A DNA stretch of 64,000 nucleotides, taken from assembly GCA_965279515.1 (NCBI GenBank), contig CBDIID010000003.1, positions 768,001 to 832,000 of the forward strand. The letters are read 5' to 3'. The DNA is from Turneriella sp. (lineage in GTDB: Bacteria > Spirochaetota > Leptospiria > Turneriellales > Turneriellaceae). The notes beneath the pieces are model-generated. The model did no database searches. It saw nothing but the letters and a program-made list of their open reading frames with translations, and had not been told where the DNA came from. Below are positions 48,940-58,110 of the stretch, piece after piece. Positions within the stretch are counted from its first letter, which is position 1. The number at the start of each line of letters is the position of its first letter. Both the position numbers and the translations under genes were made by a program.

Positions 48940-49836
48940 CTACGCGACTTTGTCTATCCGCGCATCAACCAGGCTCGCAAACTCGTCGAACAACGCCTTA
49001 TCGTCCATATCGGACGGGTGAAAATTGGGTTTGAAGTAGGTCACAAACGCGACTGCAAACTGCCGGAACATGCCATCCTTGTGGAAGGATTCATAACCAA
49101 GCGATCGGATCACCTGCAGCCAGTCGATGTTTTTCTCCTGGCGGAAAATGTGGGCAAAACCCCAGACCGAAAGCCCGCCAATCAGGAAGGCGGTAATGAC
49201 CATCGCGCCCGTGCGCAGGAAATAATTCGGATCGACCTCGCGCATCACGTCAAACGCGACATGCTTGTGCTCGATCTCTTCGATGGCATGCCAGTAGATC
49301 AGGTCTTTGATGCTCTGGCTGTCAAATTTCGCGAAAGATTCCGATTTCAGCGCCGCCGCGCCCCAGGTCGCAGTAAAATGCTCGGCGGCTGCGGTCACCG
49401 CCACCTCGAGCTTACCCCCGCCATACGGCATCAATTTTTCCGAGAACTTTTCGAGAAAGCCGAAGGCAAACCCGGTCCAGTTCTTCAGGAAGCTATCGAC
49501 ATCGTAGCGTGTTCCGAAAATTTCATTATTCAAAATTTCATGCTGGCGGCCGTGCTGGGCCTCCTGCGCGATAAATGCTTTCACGTCGACGCGCAGCTGT
49601 GGATCGCTCAGCTGATCGGCATAACGCTTCACCGCGCGGATAAAAAAGCGTTCACCCTCCGGGAAAAGCAGGCTGAGGCCCACGAGGTAGGCGCGGCGGA
49701 ATACGTTATTCTCCGTCGCTTCGGGATTGGGGGATTCAAAACTGAAATCCTTAAAATTCCACTGGGGGGAGCGCACTTTGGGGGGCGTCACGGTTTTGTG
49801 CCCTGCGGGCGGATTCTTCTCATCAAAAAAACTCAT
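48940..49836 (-). CDS. predicted metal-dependent hydrolase (ferritin-like di-metal family)
   Basis: FPEGERFFI, QEAQHGRQH, AAEHFTA, WHAIEEIEHKHVAFDV, FHP. AGGAGG RBS. Confidence 0.85.
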   Translation of the reverse strand: MSFFDEKNPPAGHKTVTPPKVRSPQWNFKDFSFESPNPEATENNVFRRAYLVGLSLLFPEGERFFIRAVKRYADQLSDPQLRVDVKAFIAQEAQHGRQHEILNNEIFGTRYDVDSFLKNWTGFAFGFLEKFSEKLMPYGGGKLEVAVTAAAEHFTATWGAAALKSESFAKFDSQSIKDLIYWHAIEEIEHKHVAFDVMREVDPNYFLRTGAMVITAFLIGGLSVWGFAHIFRQEKNIDWLQVIRSLGYESFHKDGMFRQFAVAFVTYFKPNFHPSDMDDKALFDEFASLVDARIDKVA

Positions 49837-49850
49837 AGTTCCTCCTATCA

Positions 49851-49902
49851 TGAACAAGCGTTCAACTTAAGCAATAGCCGGCAAACTTGACGCAAGCGTC
49901 AA
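49851..49902. promoter_or_regulatory. pair of palindromic operator-like sites
   Basis: TGAAC-AAGC-GTTCA (49851-49864) and TTGACGC-AA-GCGTCAA (49887-49902). Confidence 0.45.
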
Positions 49903-49967
49903 TAAAAAAACGAACGATGCTTCACCAAATACTTGCCAAATTGTATACATTGTGTATATTATCTGCC

Positions 49968-50267
49968 TTGATTAAAGCGTTTCAACGCCCTTTTGCTATC
50001 CTATCGCTCTTTTTCCTTTTGCACGCCATTACCCCAGGGGCATTTTTCGGGCTCAGCCTGATCGATGATGATTCGCGCACGGTTGCACAGACCTCAAACC
50101 CGATGGCTGAAGAAGAAGAAGATGAAAACAGCGACCTCAACCTGAAATTTCTGCAGCCCGTAACCAGCACAGCCCTACCCGTCCTCATCGTTTCTTTTCC
50201 CAAGCCTGACGAAATCCCCATCTCGGGTTTCGTCGAAGAAATCCCCACCCCCCCTCCCCTGAGCTGA
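49968..50267 (+). CDS. small hypothetical leader-like protein ending in PPP
   Basis: Hydrophobic N-terminus, acidic run EEEEDE, C-terminal IPTPPPLS, 42 nt upstream of the SulP-CA gene. Confidence 0.45.
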   Translation: MIKAFQRPFAILSLFFLLHAITPGAFFGLSLIDDDSRTVAQTSNPMAEEEEDENSDLNLKFLQPVTSTALPVLIVSFPKPDEIPISGFVEEIPTPPPLS

Positions 50268-50309
50268 GCTTCGGTTCAGTTTTTAATTTTTTTTCTGGAG
50301 GATTTATTT

Positions 50310-52481
50310 ATGCAAGGAATATGGAAACGTAATATACCGGCGGGTACCGTCGTGTTTTTTGTGGCCCTGCCACTGTGCCTCGGCATCGCTCTCGCCCAGG
50401 GCGCGCCACTGTTATCGGGATTAATTTCAGGAATCATCGGCGGCATCATTGTCGGCATTTTGGGTGCCTCACACGTGAGTGTCTCAGGCCCGGCCGCGGG
50501 CTTAACCGTCGTCGTCATCGGCGCCATCTCACAGTTAGGGGGATTTGCCGCTTTTACGCTCGCGGTCTTTCTCTCGGGTGTTTTTCAGATCGCCTTTGCG
50601 CTCATGCGTATGGGCATGGTGAGTAAGTTTATTCCGGGGTCGGTCATCCGCGGCATGCTGGCCGCAATCGGCATCATAATCATACTGAAACAGGTGCCGC
50701 ACCTTTTAGGTTATGACGCCGACTATGTCGGCGACCTGGGATTCTCACAGCGCGACGGCCACAACACATTTTCAGAACTGTGGCTGACATTTTCAAACCT
50801 GAATAAGACGGCAATACTCATCTCCATGGTCTCGCTGGTTCTGATTCTCTCGTGGGACAAGTACATCGCCCCGCGTGTAAAATATCTCGCAAGCATCCCG
50901 GGATCAGTACTCGCCGTACTCGCCGGTGTCGGCCTCAACCTTGTCGCGGCAAAGGTCGAGTGGCTGAAAGACCTCGGCGCCAACCACCTGGTGCAGCTGC
51001 CGACGAGCCTTGGCCTCAAGGATTTCACCAGCCACTTTGCCGCGCTCGATTTTTCATTGCTCATGAACAAGCAGGTCATCATGATTGCCCTCACGATCGC
51101 CATCATCGGCAGTGTCGAAACCCTGCTGAGCCTTGAGGCCGCCGACAAGATCGACCCGGGCCGGCGCATCGCCAATAAGAATAAAGAGCTTTGGGCGCAG
51201 GGCACAGGGAACATGCTCGCGGGCCTGCTCGGCGGCCTGCCGATCACGGCCGTTATTGTCCGCACAGTCACGAACGTGAACTCGGGTGCGACGCACCGGC
51301 TCTCTGCGATCTGGCATGGTGTGCTGCTCGTGATCGCGGTGTTTCTGATACCGCAGGTGCTGAATTTTATTCCACTCGCGGCGCTGGCGATGATTCTCGC
51401 GCTCGTCGGTTATAAACTTTCCAGTTACCGCATTTTTATGACCGAATGGCATGCGGGCAAAGAACAGTTCATCCCTTTTATTGTGACTGTCGTGGCGGTA
51501 ATCTTTACCGACATCCTTTTAGGCGTCGGCATCGGTTTCCTGGTCGCGATCGGTTTTATCATCTTCGAGAGCTACCAGAAGGGTTTTTTCACCTCGCAGA
51601 CCGATGGCAAAATGACGATCAAACTTGCCGGCGATATCAGTTTTATCCACCGCGCGAGTTTGGGTGAAGCGCTGCGGAAAATTCCGGATAATGCCCAGGT
51701 CGTTCTGCAGTCTGAGAACCCGCAGGAAATCCACCACGATATCGCCGAACTCATCAGCGAATTCAGGGAGAGCGCACCGCTGCGCGGAATTCAGGTCAGC
51801 GAAAAAGGCATGCCCTATATTGCGGACAAGAAGAATGCCCATACGAAAAAATCACCTACCTACCAGCGTTTGATCCACGGCAACCGGAACTGGGTCGCCG
51901 GCGTGCTCGAGCAGGACAGGTACTACTTCGAGAGACTGGCGCGCGGCCAGGCGCCGCAGATTTTGTGGATCGGCTGCGCTGACAGCCGTGTGCCGCCGAA
52001 TGAAATCACGGAAACCAAACCCGGGGAGATTTTCATCCACCGCAATGTCGCGAACCTGGTCGTGCATACCGATCTCAACATGCTTTCGGTCTTGCAATAC
52101 GCGGTCGAGGCCCTCAAGGTCAAACACGTCATCGTCTGCGGTCATTATGAATGCGGGGGCATCAGGGCGGCGATGGCGAACGTCGATCTCGGCCTTGCCA
52201 ATAACTGGCTGCGCAACATCAAGGAAGTCTATAATATGCGCGCGGTCGAATTGGATGAAATCGGCAGCCCCAAGGAGCGCGAGCGCATGCTCGTCGAATT
52301 CAACGTCATGGAACAGGTGCGCAATCTCGCGAAAACGTCGATTATCCAAAGGGCATGGAAAAAGCGCCAGATCGAAATCCATGGCTGGGTGGTCGATCTC
52401 GCGACAGGTTATATAAAGGAGCTACCGATCAAACTCGATGAACCGAAGGATTTGGAGCCGATTTTCAGGTATAAACTCTAA
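50310..52481 (+). CDS. SulP anion (bicarbonate) transporter fused to beta-carbonic anhydrase
   Basis: ALPLCLGIALA, VSGPAAGL, ETLLS, GGLPITAVIVR, then GCADSRV, FIHRNVAN, VCGHYECGG. Confidence 0.92.
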   Translation: MQGIWKRNIPAGTVVFFVALPLCLGIALAQGAPLLSGLISGIIGGIIVGILGASHVSVSGPAAGLTVVVIGAISQLGGFAAFTLAVFLSGVFQIAFALMRMGMVSKFIPGSVIRGMLAAIGIIIILKQVPHLLGYDADYVGDLGFSQRDGHNTFSELWLTFSNLNKTAILISMVSLVLILSWDKYIAPRVKYLASIPGSVLAVLAGVGLNLVAAKVEWLKDLGANHLVQLPTSLGLKDFTSHFAALDFSLLMNKQVIMIALTIAIIGSVETLLSLEAADKIDPGRRIANKNKELWAQGTGNMLAGLLGGLPITAVIVRTVTNVNSGATHRLSAIWHGVLLVIAVFLIPQVLNFIPLAALAMILALVGYKLSSYRIFMTEWHAGKEQFIPFIVTVVAVIFTDILLGVGIGFLVAIGFIIFESYQKGFFTSQTDGKMTIKLAGDISFIHRASLGEALRKIPDNAQVVLQSENPQEIHHDIAELISEFRESAPLRGIQVSEKGMPYIADKKNAHTKKSPTYQRLIHGNRNWVAGVLEQDRYYFERLARGQAPQILWIGCADSRVPPNEITETKPGEIFIHRNVANLVVHTDLNMLSVLQYAVEALKVKHVIVCGHYECGGIRAAMANVDLGLANNWLRNIKEVYNMRAVELDEIGSPKERERMLVEFNVMEQVRNLAKTSIIQRAWKKRQIEIHGWVVDLATGYIKELPIKLDEPKDLEPIFRYKL

Positions 52482-52504
52482 ATCTTCGGGTTGCTCAGCA
52501 GGCC

Positions 52505-52602
52505 GCAAAATGTAAAATCACAAGAAAAGTTGCGCGATTTTGTATCCAAAATCGCTCCATAAACGGGCTATCGCCCGCTTTTCTTGGATTTTAGCATTTT
52601 GC
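52505..52602. repeat. Y-shaped multi-stem palindromic element
   Basis: Long stem 52505-52529/52578-52602 encloses GCGATTTTG-tatc-CAAAATCGC and CGGGC-tatc-GCCCG. Confidence 0.65.
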
Positions 52603-52693
52603 TCATCTTAACAGATTAGATTCTCAGCGCCCTGCTGCGCCCCCCACTGGCTTTCGCTCGCCGCATTATGTCACATTGTGTGACTGACGCGCC

Positions 52694-54748
52694 GTGGCGT
52701 ATCCCCTCAACGCACTCCAGGAAACATGCGTCCGCCACGGTGAGGGGCCCCTGCTCGTGCTCGCAGGCGCGGGCTCGGGCAAGACCGGCGTCATCGTCAA
52801 TAGGATTACCCAGCTCTTAAAACGCGGTATCAAACCCTCCGCCATCTGCGCCGTGACGTTCACCAACAAGGCGGCGCGCGAGATGCGCGAGCGCGTCCGG
52901 GGCCTGACCGGCAAAAATGCCAAGGGCGCGGGCGGCCTCAGTATTAAAGGCATCTTCATCGGCACCTTTCACAGCCTCGGCCTCATGATTCTGCGCGAGA
53001 ATACCGACGAAGCCGGCATCCAGAAAAACTTTATCATCATGGGGCAAGACGACCAGCTCACCCATGCGCGCGAAATTCTTGTACAGAGTGGCGTCGACAT
53101 CGAAACCTTCAACGAGAAACATTTTATCAAAGCGGTTTCCGACTGGAAAAACTCGGGTGAGGCCCGGGCGGATTTCTTCGGCGACGACATCTGGAAGCTC
53201 AAGGTGCCGCCACGACCGATTGCGGAAATTGTCGGCGAATACGTCGAGCGGCTCGCGAACATGAACGCGCTCGATTTTGACGATTTGATTCTGATTCCCG
53301 AGCGCCTTCTGAGAAACAACGACGAGATTCGCAATAAATACCGCGAGCGCTTCGAATATTTTCTTGCCGACGAGTTCCAGGACACGAACCCCCTGCAGTT
53401 CCGCTTTCTGACCCAACTCATGCGGCCGCCGATGAATCTCTGCGCCGTCGGCGACGACGACCAGTCGATCTATTCATGGCGCGGCGCCGATACGCGCATC
53501 ATGCTCGAGTTCAAAGAGAGGTTTCCCGAAGCGGAGATGATTGCTCTCGAGCAGAACTACCGCTCCGAGCAATACATCCTCGATATCGCCAACCACCTGA
53601 TCGCGCATAACACCGCGCGCCACGCGAAGAATCTTTTCAGCGAGAATAAAACAAACAACCATGCCGTGATCTTTGAAGCCGAAGACGGCACGCTCGAGGC
53701 CGAGTACGTGGCTGACACGATCGTCGCACTGAAAATGCGCCACCAGCTCGACTACTCATCGTTCGCTGTACTTTACCGTACCAACTTCCAGAGCCGTTCG
53801 TTTGAGGAGATTTTACGCCAGCGCAATATCCCCTACCACGTCAGCGGCAGTTACCAGTTCTATGACCGCAGCGAGATCAAGGATCTGCTCGCCTACATGC
53901 GGTTCTTTGCCAACCATGCCGACGACCGCTCGCTGATGCGCATTCTGACAATGCCGAAGCGCGGCATATCAGAAGCTTCGATACAGCGGCTTTCACAGTT
54001 TGCCCAGCTCAACAAAAAACATCTCTGGGATATAATCTCAGAAATTGAGATGTGCGAAATCGACATCAGCGCCGCCGCGCTTTCGGGAATTCTCGAGTTT
54101 AAGGATTTTATCGCCGAACACGTCGAGGGCATGCGAAAACCCGGGCAACTCTCGAAGGCCGCGCAGAAGCTCATCGATGCGCTGCAGCTCGAGCGCGAAT
54201 ATGTGCGCCAGGGCCTCGATGCCCAGAAGATTACGAACAAGATTCTGAACGTGCGCGAACTCACGCGTTCGATCGAAGATTTTGAAGCGGGCGACCGGCA
54301 GATACCGGGCCTCGGCGAGGGCGCCGAACGCAGCATCTATACCTACCTGCAATTCGTGGCCATGCTGACCGCGGATGATAAAGAAAGCGAGAGCGATCTG
54401 CCGCGCGTGCAACTGATGACCATCCACCAGGCGAAGGGGCTCGAGTTCAACAGCGTGTTCGTCACGGGTCTTGAAGACGGCATTTTACCCCACCAGCGCA
54501 GTATCGACGGCGAGAACGAGGCGCATGCGATTGAAGAAGAGCGTCGCCTGATGTATGTGGCGCTGACGCGCGCCAAGGCGCGGCTTTATCTCACCCTGTC
54601 GCGCACACGCAAGAACCGTGGGCTCGTCACCGAATGCACGCCGTCGCGGTTTCTCGATGAGTTGCCGAAAGATTTACTCGATTGGGAAAACACCCTGCCT
54701 GCGGTGGCTGACCTCGCCGAGCTCGAAAATATGCTCGCGGGGATTTAA
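52694..54748 (+). CDS. UvrD/PcrA/Rep family DNA helicase
   Basis: AGAGSGKT, TFTNKAA, DEFQDTN, VGDDDQSIYSWRGA, LEQNYRS, MTIHQAKGLEF, EERRLMYVALTRA. Confidence 0.95.
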   Translation: MAYPLNALQETCVRHGEGPLLVLAGAGSGKTGVIVNRITQLLKRGIKPSAICAVTFTNKAAREMRERVRGLTGKNAKGAGGLSIKGIFIGTFHSLGLMILRENTDEAGIQKNFIIMGQDDQLTHAREILVQSGVDIETFNEKHFIKAVSDWKNSGEARADFFGDDIWKLKVPPRPIAEIVGEYVERLANMNALDFDDLILIPERLLRNNDEIRNKYRERFEYFLADEFQDTNPLQFRFLTQLMRPPMNLCAVGDDDQSIYSWRGADTRIMLEFKERFPEAEMIALEQNYRSEQYILDIANHLIAHNTARHAKNLFSENKTNNHAVIFEAEDGTLEAEYVADTIVALKMRHQLDYSSFAVLYRTNFQSRSFEEILRQRNIPYHVSGSYQFYDRSEIKDLLAYMRFFANHADDRSLMRILTMPKRGISEASIQRLSQFAQLNKKHLWDIISEIEMCEIDISAAALSGILEFKDFIAEHVEGMRKPGQLSKAAQKLIDALQLEREYVRQGLDAQKITNKILNVRELTRSIEDFEAGDRQIPGLGEGAERSIYTYLQFVAMLTADDKESESDLPRVQLMTIHQAKGLEFNSVFVTGLEDGILPHQRSIDGENEAHAIEEERRLMYVALTRAKARLYLTLSRTRKNRGLVTECTPSRFLDELPKDLLDWENTLPAVADLAELENMLAGI

Positions 54749-54775
54749 GCGGAATACCGCGATCTCTGGCCGATT

Positions 54776-55555
54776 TTATCTGCGTCCCCATATTTCGATA
54801 TGAGAACCTGCGCCCATACTATTTGTGGAAGCGAACACAGTTAACGATGTTATGTTTGAGCCCGTATTACTCCACGATGTCGCAACATTCTGAAACCCAC
54901 CGACATTTCCAGGCGTCACAGAATAAATCTGCTGGGCGATGAAAACGCGTGCGGCCCCTGTCTGAGCGTAAACCGTGCCCGTTATTTCACAACTGGTCGA
55001 CGCAAGCGCGCTGCAAATATAAAAACCGGGAGAGGTTGCGTTTCCAGAACCAGGTGGACCTCCACTGCCTCCAACAAATAGGTAACCGAAGGTGGCGTCT
55101 TCTCCATTGGGTTGTAAATAGTAACTCGCACCGGCTCCTGTGGTGTTTACGAATCGAGCAAGTACCATATATACCTTATCTGCATTGCCATTGAGACCAG
55201 TTACGTTAATATTGGTCGTGGCCGAGACGAGATCTGTTTCGTAAATAAGGCGCCAGCTTTTACCTTCCATGGCGGTCAAAGAATTTGCGATAGCGTCAAA
55301 ATTGGCATTCACATCCGCTGCAACGGTCGGAGTCCCTGCAACAAAAATATTAGGAACCGTAAAGGCGTATACAGCCATCGGTAGCAAAATTAAGCCAAAC
55401 AGAACCAACAAAACTATTCGTTTGTTCGCCTTAAGCTTGCGGATGGTCTTTTGCAGCCTCGACAACTTAAGTTCGGTAAATTCTCCCTTAAGCTGTTCAT
55501 AGTCGGCCTTAAGCGATTCGAATTCATCCCGGCTAACTTGAGATCTACCGTCCAT
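54776..55555 (-). CDS. hypothetical membrane-anchored protein with phage-tail-like C-terminal domain
   Basis: Coiled coil plus TM helix, FVAGT..AADVNANF motif, G/S/T-rich beta domain. Visibly more AT-rich DNA. Confidence 0.6.
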   Translation of the reverse strand: MDGRSQVSRDEFESLKADYEQLKGEFTELKLSRLQKTIRKLKANKRIVLLVLFGLILLPMAVYAFTVPNIFVAGTPTVAADVNANFDAIANSLTAMEGKSWRLIYETDLVSATTNINVTGLNGNADKVYMVLARFVNTTGAGASYYLQPNGEDATFGYLFVGGSGGPPGSGNATSPGFYICSALASTSCEITGTVYAQTGAARVFIAQQIYSVTPGNVGGFQNVATSWSNTGSNITSLTVFASTNSMGAGSHIEIWGRR

Positions 55556-55669
55556 TTACACTTGTAAAAAACTCCTCAGGCACAACGTCAATCCAAACAT
55601 GGTTTTGAACTTCCGCCTTTTGAAGGGGGATTCACCTTTGTGCCTGCACGATAGTCGGAGCTTTCGCGC

Positions 55670-56146
55670 TTATGGCACCAGCGTTTTCGCGTTTTTTTTA
55701 AGCAGAGCGAATTCCTGGCCTTTTTCCCCGGGAATATGGCAGGTTGTGCAAGTCAGCGCCTTTTTATTCTCTTTCTTGTAACGGCTCATGAACTTCATAT
55801 CTTTATGGGCCCGGTCTCCCGCCTTCGTCATATCAGAACCGCCGAGGTGGCAGTGCGAGCATTCAACCTTAAACTTTTCGCTGATCGGGAACATGTCTTC
55901 GTGGGCGAATTCGCCCTCTTTTGTTAAGAGAGTATAGTCGCCCTCTTTCAGGCCGCGCTCGGCATCAGTGTGGCAGTACTCGCATTTGACATCGAGTTGT
56001 TTGGAGATTTTCTTCATCTCGACGGCGATCTTTTCTTTTTCAGCAAATGATTTAGGCTCAGAGCCTGAGGTTTTCTTTTTGGTATCGGCTGCCGCAAGCG
56101 CCAGCGCAACTATGAGCGCGGCCAGTGGTATAGAAAGATTTTTCAT
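55670..56146 (-). CDS. secreted triheme c-type cytochrome
   Basis: Signal peptide, CEYCH, CSHCH, CTTCH. Confidence 0.8.
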   Translation of the reverse strand: MKNLSIPLAALIVALALAAADTKKKTSGSEPKSFAEKEKIAVEMKKISKQLDVKCEYCHTDAERGLKEGDYTLLTKEGEFAHEDMFPISEKFKVECSHCHLGGSDMTKAGDRAHKDMKFMSRYKKENKKALTCTTCHIPGEKGQEFALLKKNAKTLVP

Positions 56147-56147
56147 A

Positions 56148-56420
56148 TCAGGTGTTTGGTTTGATGCCCTCTAAAAGATCTTCGAGCCGTGTCAGGTGAT
56201 CCTGGTTACGCGCCTGAATTTTTGCAATTTCGGTAGAAATCATCGCATATTCCTCAGGATTCAGCTTTTCCCCGGAGCTCAGGCGGTCCATCAGGCGTTC
56301 GATCGGCAGGGCATGCTCGGCGCCATTCGAACGCCTCAGCTGCTCTTCGAGCGCGCGGCGCAACATCTCTTCGCGCTCCTTGTCGTTACCGCCGCCTTCT
56401 TCGGACACAACCTTGCGCAA
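56148..56420 (-). CDS. hypothetical protein
   Basis: 90-aa helical ORF ending 1 nt before the cytochrome start. Confidence 0.5.
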   Translation of the reverse strand: MRKVVSEEGGGNDKEREEMLRRALEEQLRRSNGAEHALPIERLMDRLSSGEKLNPEEYAMISTEIAKIQARNQDHLTRLEDLLEGIKPNT

Positions 56421-56493
56421 GTTTTTGCGGCCCGCTTGTCAATCCAAAAGTGCTTGTCCGCTTGTGAGGCGAAAAGGATTTTCTGATTACTCC

Positions 56494-57711
56494 ATGGAAA
56501 AACGCGGTTTACTCATCCCCTACGTGCTTGTATTCGCCGGTGCACTTTTGGGTCTCGTCTTTTCGGCGGTACTGATCTACGAGCATAACGGCTCAAAAAC
56601 CAGCCTCGGTTCGGCGGTCTGCGACGTGAACGACACAAGCTCCTGCGAAAAAGCCAAAGAATCCAGCTTCGGTAAAATTTTCGGCCTGCCGCTCGCGCTC
56701 TACGGGTTTATTTTTTACGGCGGCATTCTGGCGCTCGGTGTTTTTCTGCTACTCGCCCTGAACGATACGGCGATACGGCTATTATTCTGGGGGGGCGTCA
56801 CCGCCTTCGCCTTCGATATATTCTTACTTCTTTATTCTGTAACCGTGTTAGGCGGCATCTGCCGGCTCTGCGCGATTACCTATGTGGGTGGCGCCCTGAT
56901 CGCCGCTGGCGCGGCAATGATCAGCCGCCGGGGAGCAAGTATGATTAAAGCAGAAGCGGTGCCTGTGACGGCAAAAGCCGGATTTTCCCTGATACTGGCG
57001 GCGACAGTCGCCCTGGGCCTGTTTTTCCATAACAATGCATTGTCCTCGGCTACACCGGTTGCCGCCGGCGCAACAGAAGAAGAAAAGAGGCTGCGCGAAC
57101 AGCTCAACAATGAATTTTATAAACAATGGAAAGCGGCGCCGAAAGAAGCCCTCGATACGCCCAAGAGCGGCGCCAAAGGCGGAGCAAACCCTGTCCTCAC
57201 GATTGTCGAATTTGCAGATCCCCTCTGCCCGCATTGCAGAGATATGGGGCATGTGCTCGGCGAATTTGTGAAAAAGAATTCTGATAAAGTACGTGTGGTA
57301 TTCCGCCACTACCCTCTCGACATCCAGTGCAACGATGCCATGAAACGGCCCTTCCATGTCGGCGCCTGCGATCTCGCGCGCGCCATTGAATGCGGCGAAG
57401 CACAGGGCAAATTCTGGCAAATGCATGACGCAGTCTTTGCCCAGCAAGAAAGTTTCATGCGTAACCCTGTGACAGACAAGGGCATTGAATCTCTCGCACA
57501 GAGCGGTGGCCTCAACCCCGCCGGGGTCTTGCAGTGCTTCAAGAACCAATCGACGATGGCGAAGGTGAAATCCGATGTCGCGGCAGGTAACCGTATTAAG
57601 ATCACCGGAACTCCTACAGTGCTGGTAAACGATCGCCGCCTGCCGGGCATACCGCTCGAATACATCGGCGGAATTCTGGAAAAAATCCTGAGCGAAGAAT
57701 CGAAGCGCTGA
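56494..57711 (+). CDS. VKOR-DsbA fusion disulfide-bond formation protein
   Basis: VKOR C..SC, FGLP, CRLC in the TM region. Thioredoxin-fold EFADPLCPHC, FRHYPL, GTPT. Confidence 0.88.
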   Translation: MEKRGLLIPYVLVFAGALLGLVFSAVLIYEHNGSKTSLGSAVCDVNDTSSCEKAKESSFGKIFGLPLALYGFIFYGGILALGVFLLLALNDTAIRLLFWGGVTAFAFDIFLLLYSVTVLGGICRLCAITYVGGALIAAGAAMISRRGASMIKAEAVPVTAKAGFSLILAATVALGLFFHNNALSSATPVAAGATEEEKRLREQLNNEFYKQWKAAPKEALDTPKSGAKGGANPVLTIVEFADPLCPHCRDMGHVLGEFVKKNSDKVRVVFRHYPLDIQCNDAMKRPFHVGACDLARAIECGEAQGKFWQMHDAVFAQQESFMRNPVTDKGIESLAQSGGLNPAGVLQCFKNQSTMAKVKSDVAAGNRIKITGTPTVLVNDRRLPGIPLEYIGGILEKILSEESKR

Positions 57712-57717
57712 GCTGTC

Positions 57718-58110
57718 ATGCTTGTCGAGGTGAAACGCGAACTCGTCAAGCAGGACCACCGCTTTCTGCAGAAACGTTTTTTACAAGACGCGCATAACCG
57801 GCTGACGGTCTATATCTGGCAGTTACCCGACGACGATGAAGGCGAAATGCTGCGCTTCCAGGTTTCGTACAAAGAGATCGCCCTCGACTGGGCGGCAGAA
57901 CGCGGTATCCGGTTTGCCAGTGTCGACGACGGGGAAAATCCCATGGGCATGAAACGCTCGCCCATTCTGACCCAGGAACGATCCCTGAAGCACTCGCTTA
58001 TTGAAAAGCTCGTGATACTCCTGGATAATTATGCAGAAAAAAAATCACTGCAGTTTGTCCGCGACACCATCGTGCGCGACGCGCTGAGCGCCGGAACAAA
58101 CCAGCCATGA
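57718..58110 (+). CDS. hypothetical protein
   Basis: 130-aa ORF in the operon, stop overlapping the aroE start. Confidence 0.65.
   Translation: MLVEVKRELVKQDHRFLQKRFLQDAHNRLTVYIWQLPDDDEGEMLRFQVSYKEIALDWAAERGIRFASVDDGENPMGMKRSPILTQERSLKHSLIEKLVILLDNYAEKKSLQFVRDTIVRDALSAGTNQP

Noticed and set aside
54776..56420. Prophage or genomic island
   Set aside because: No integrase, att repeats, tRNA or phage structural cluster.
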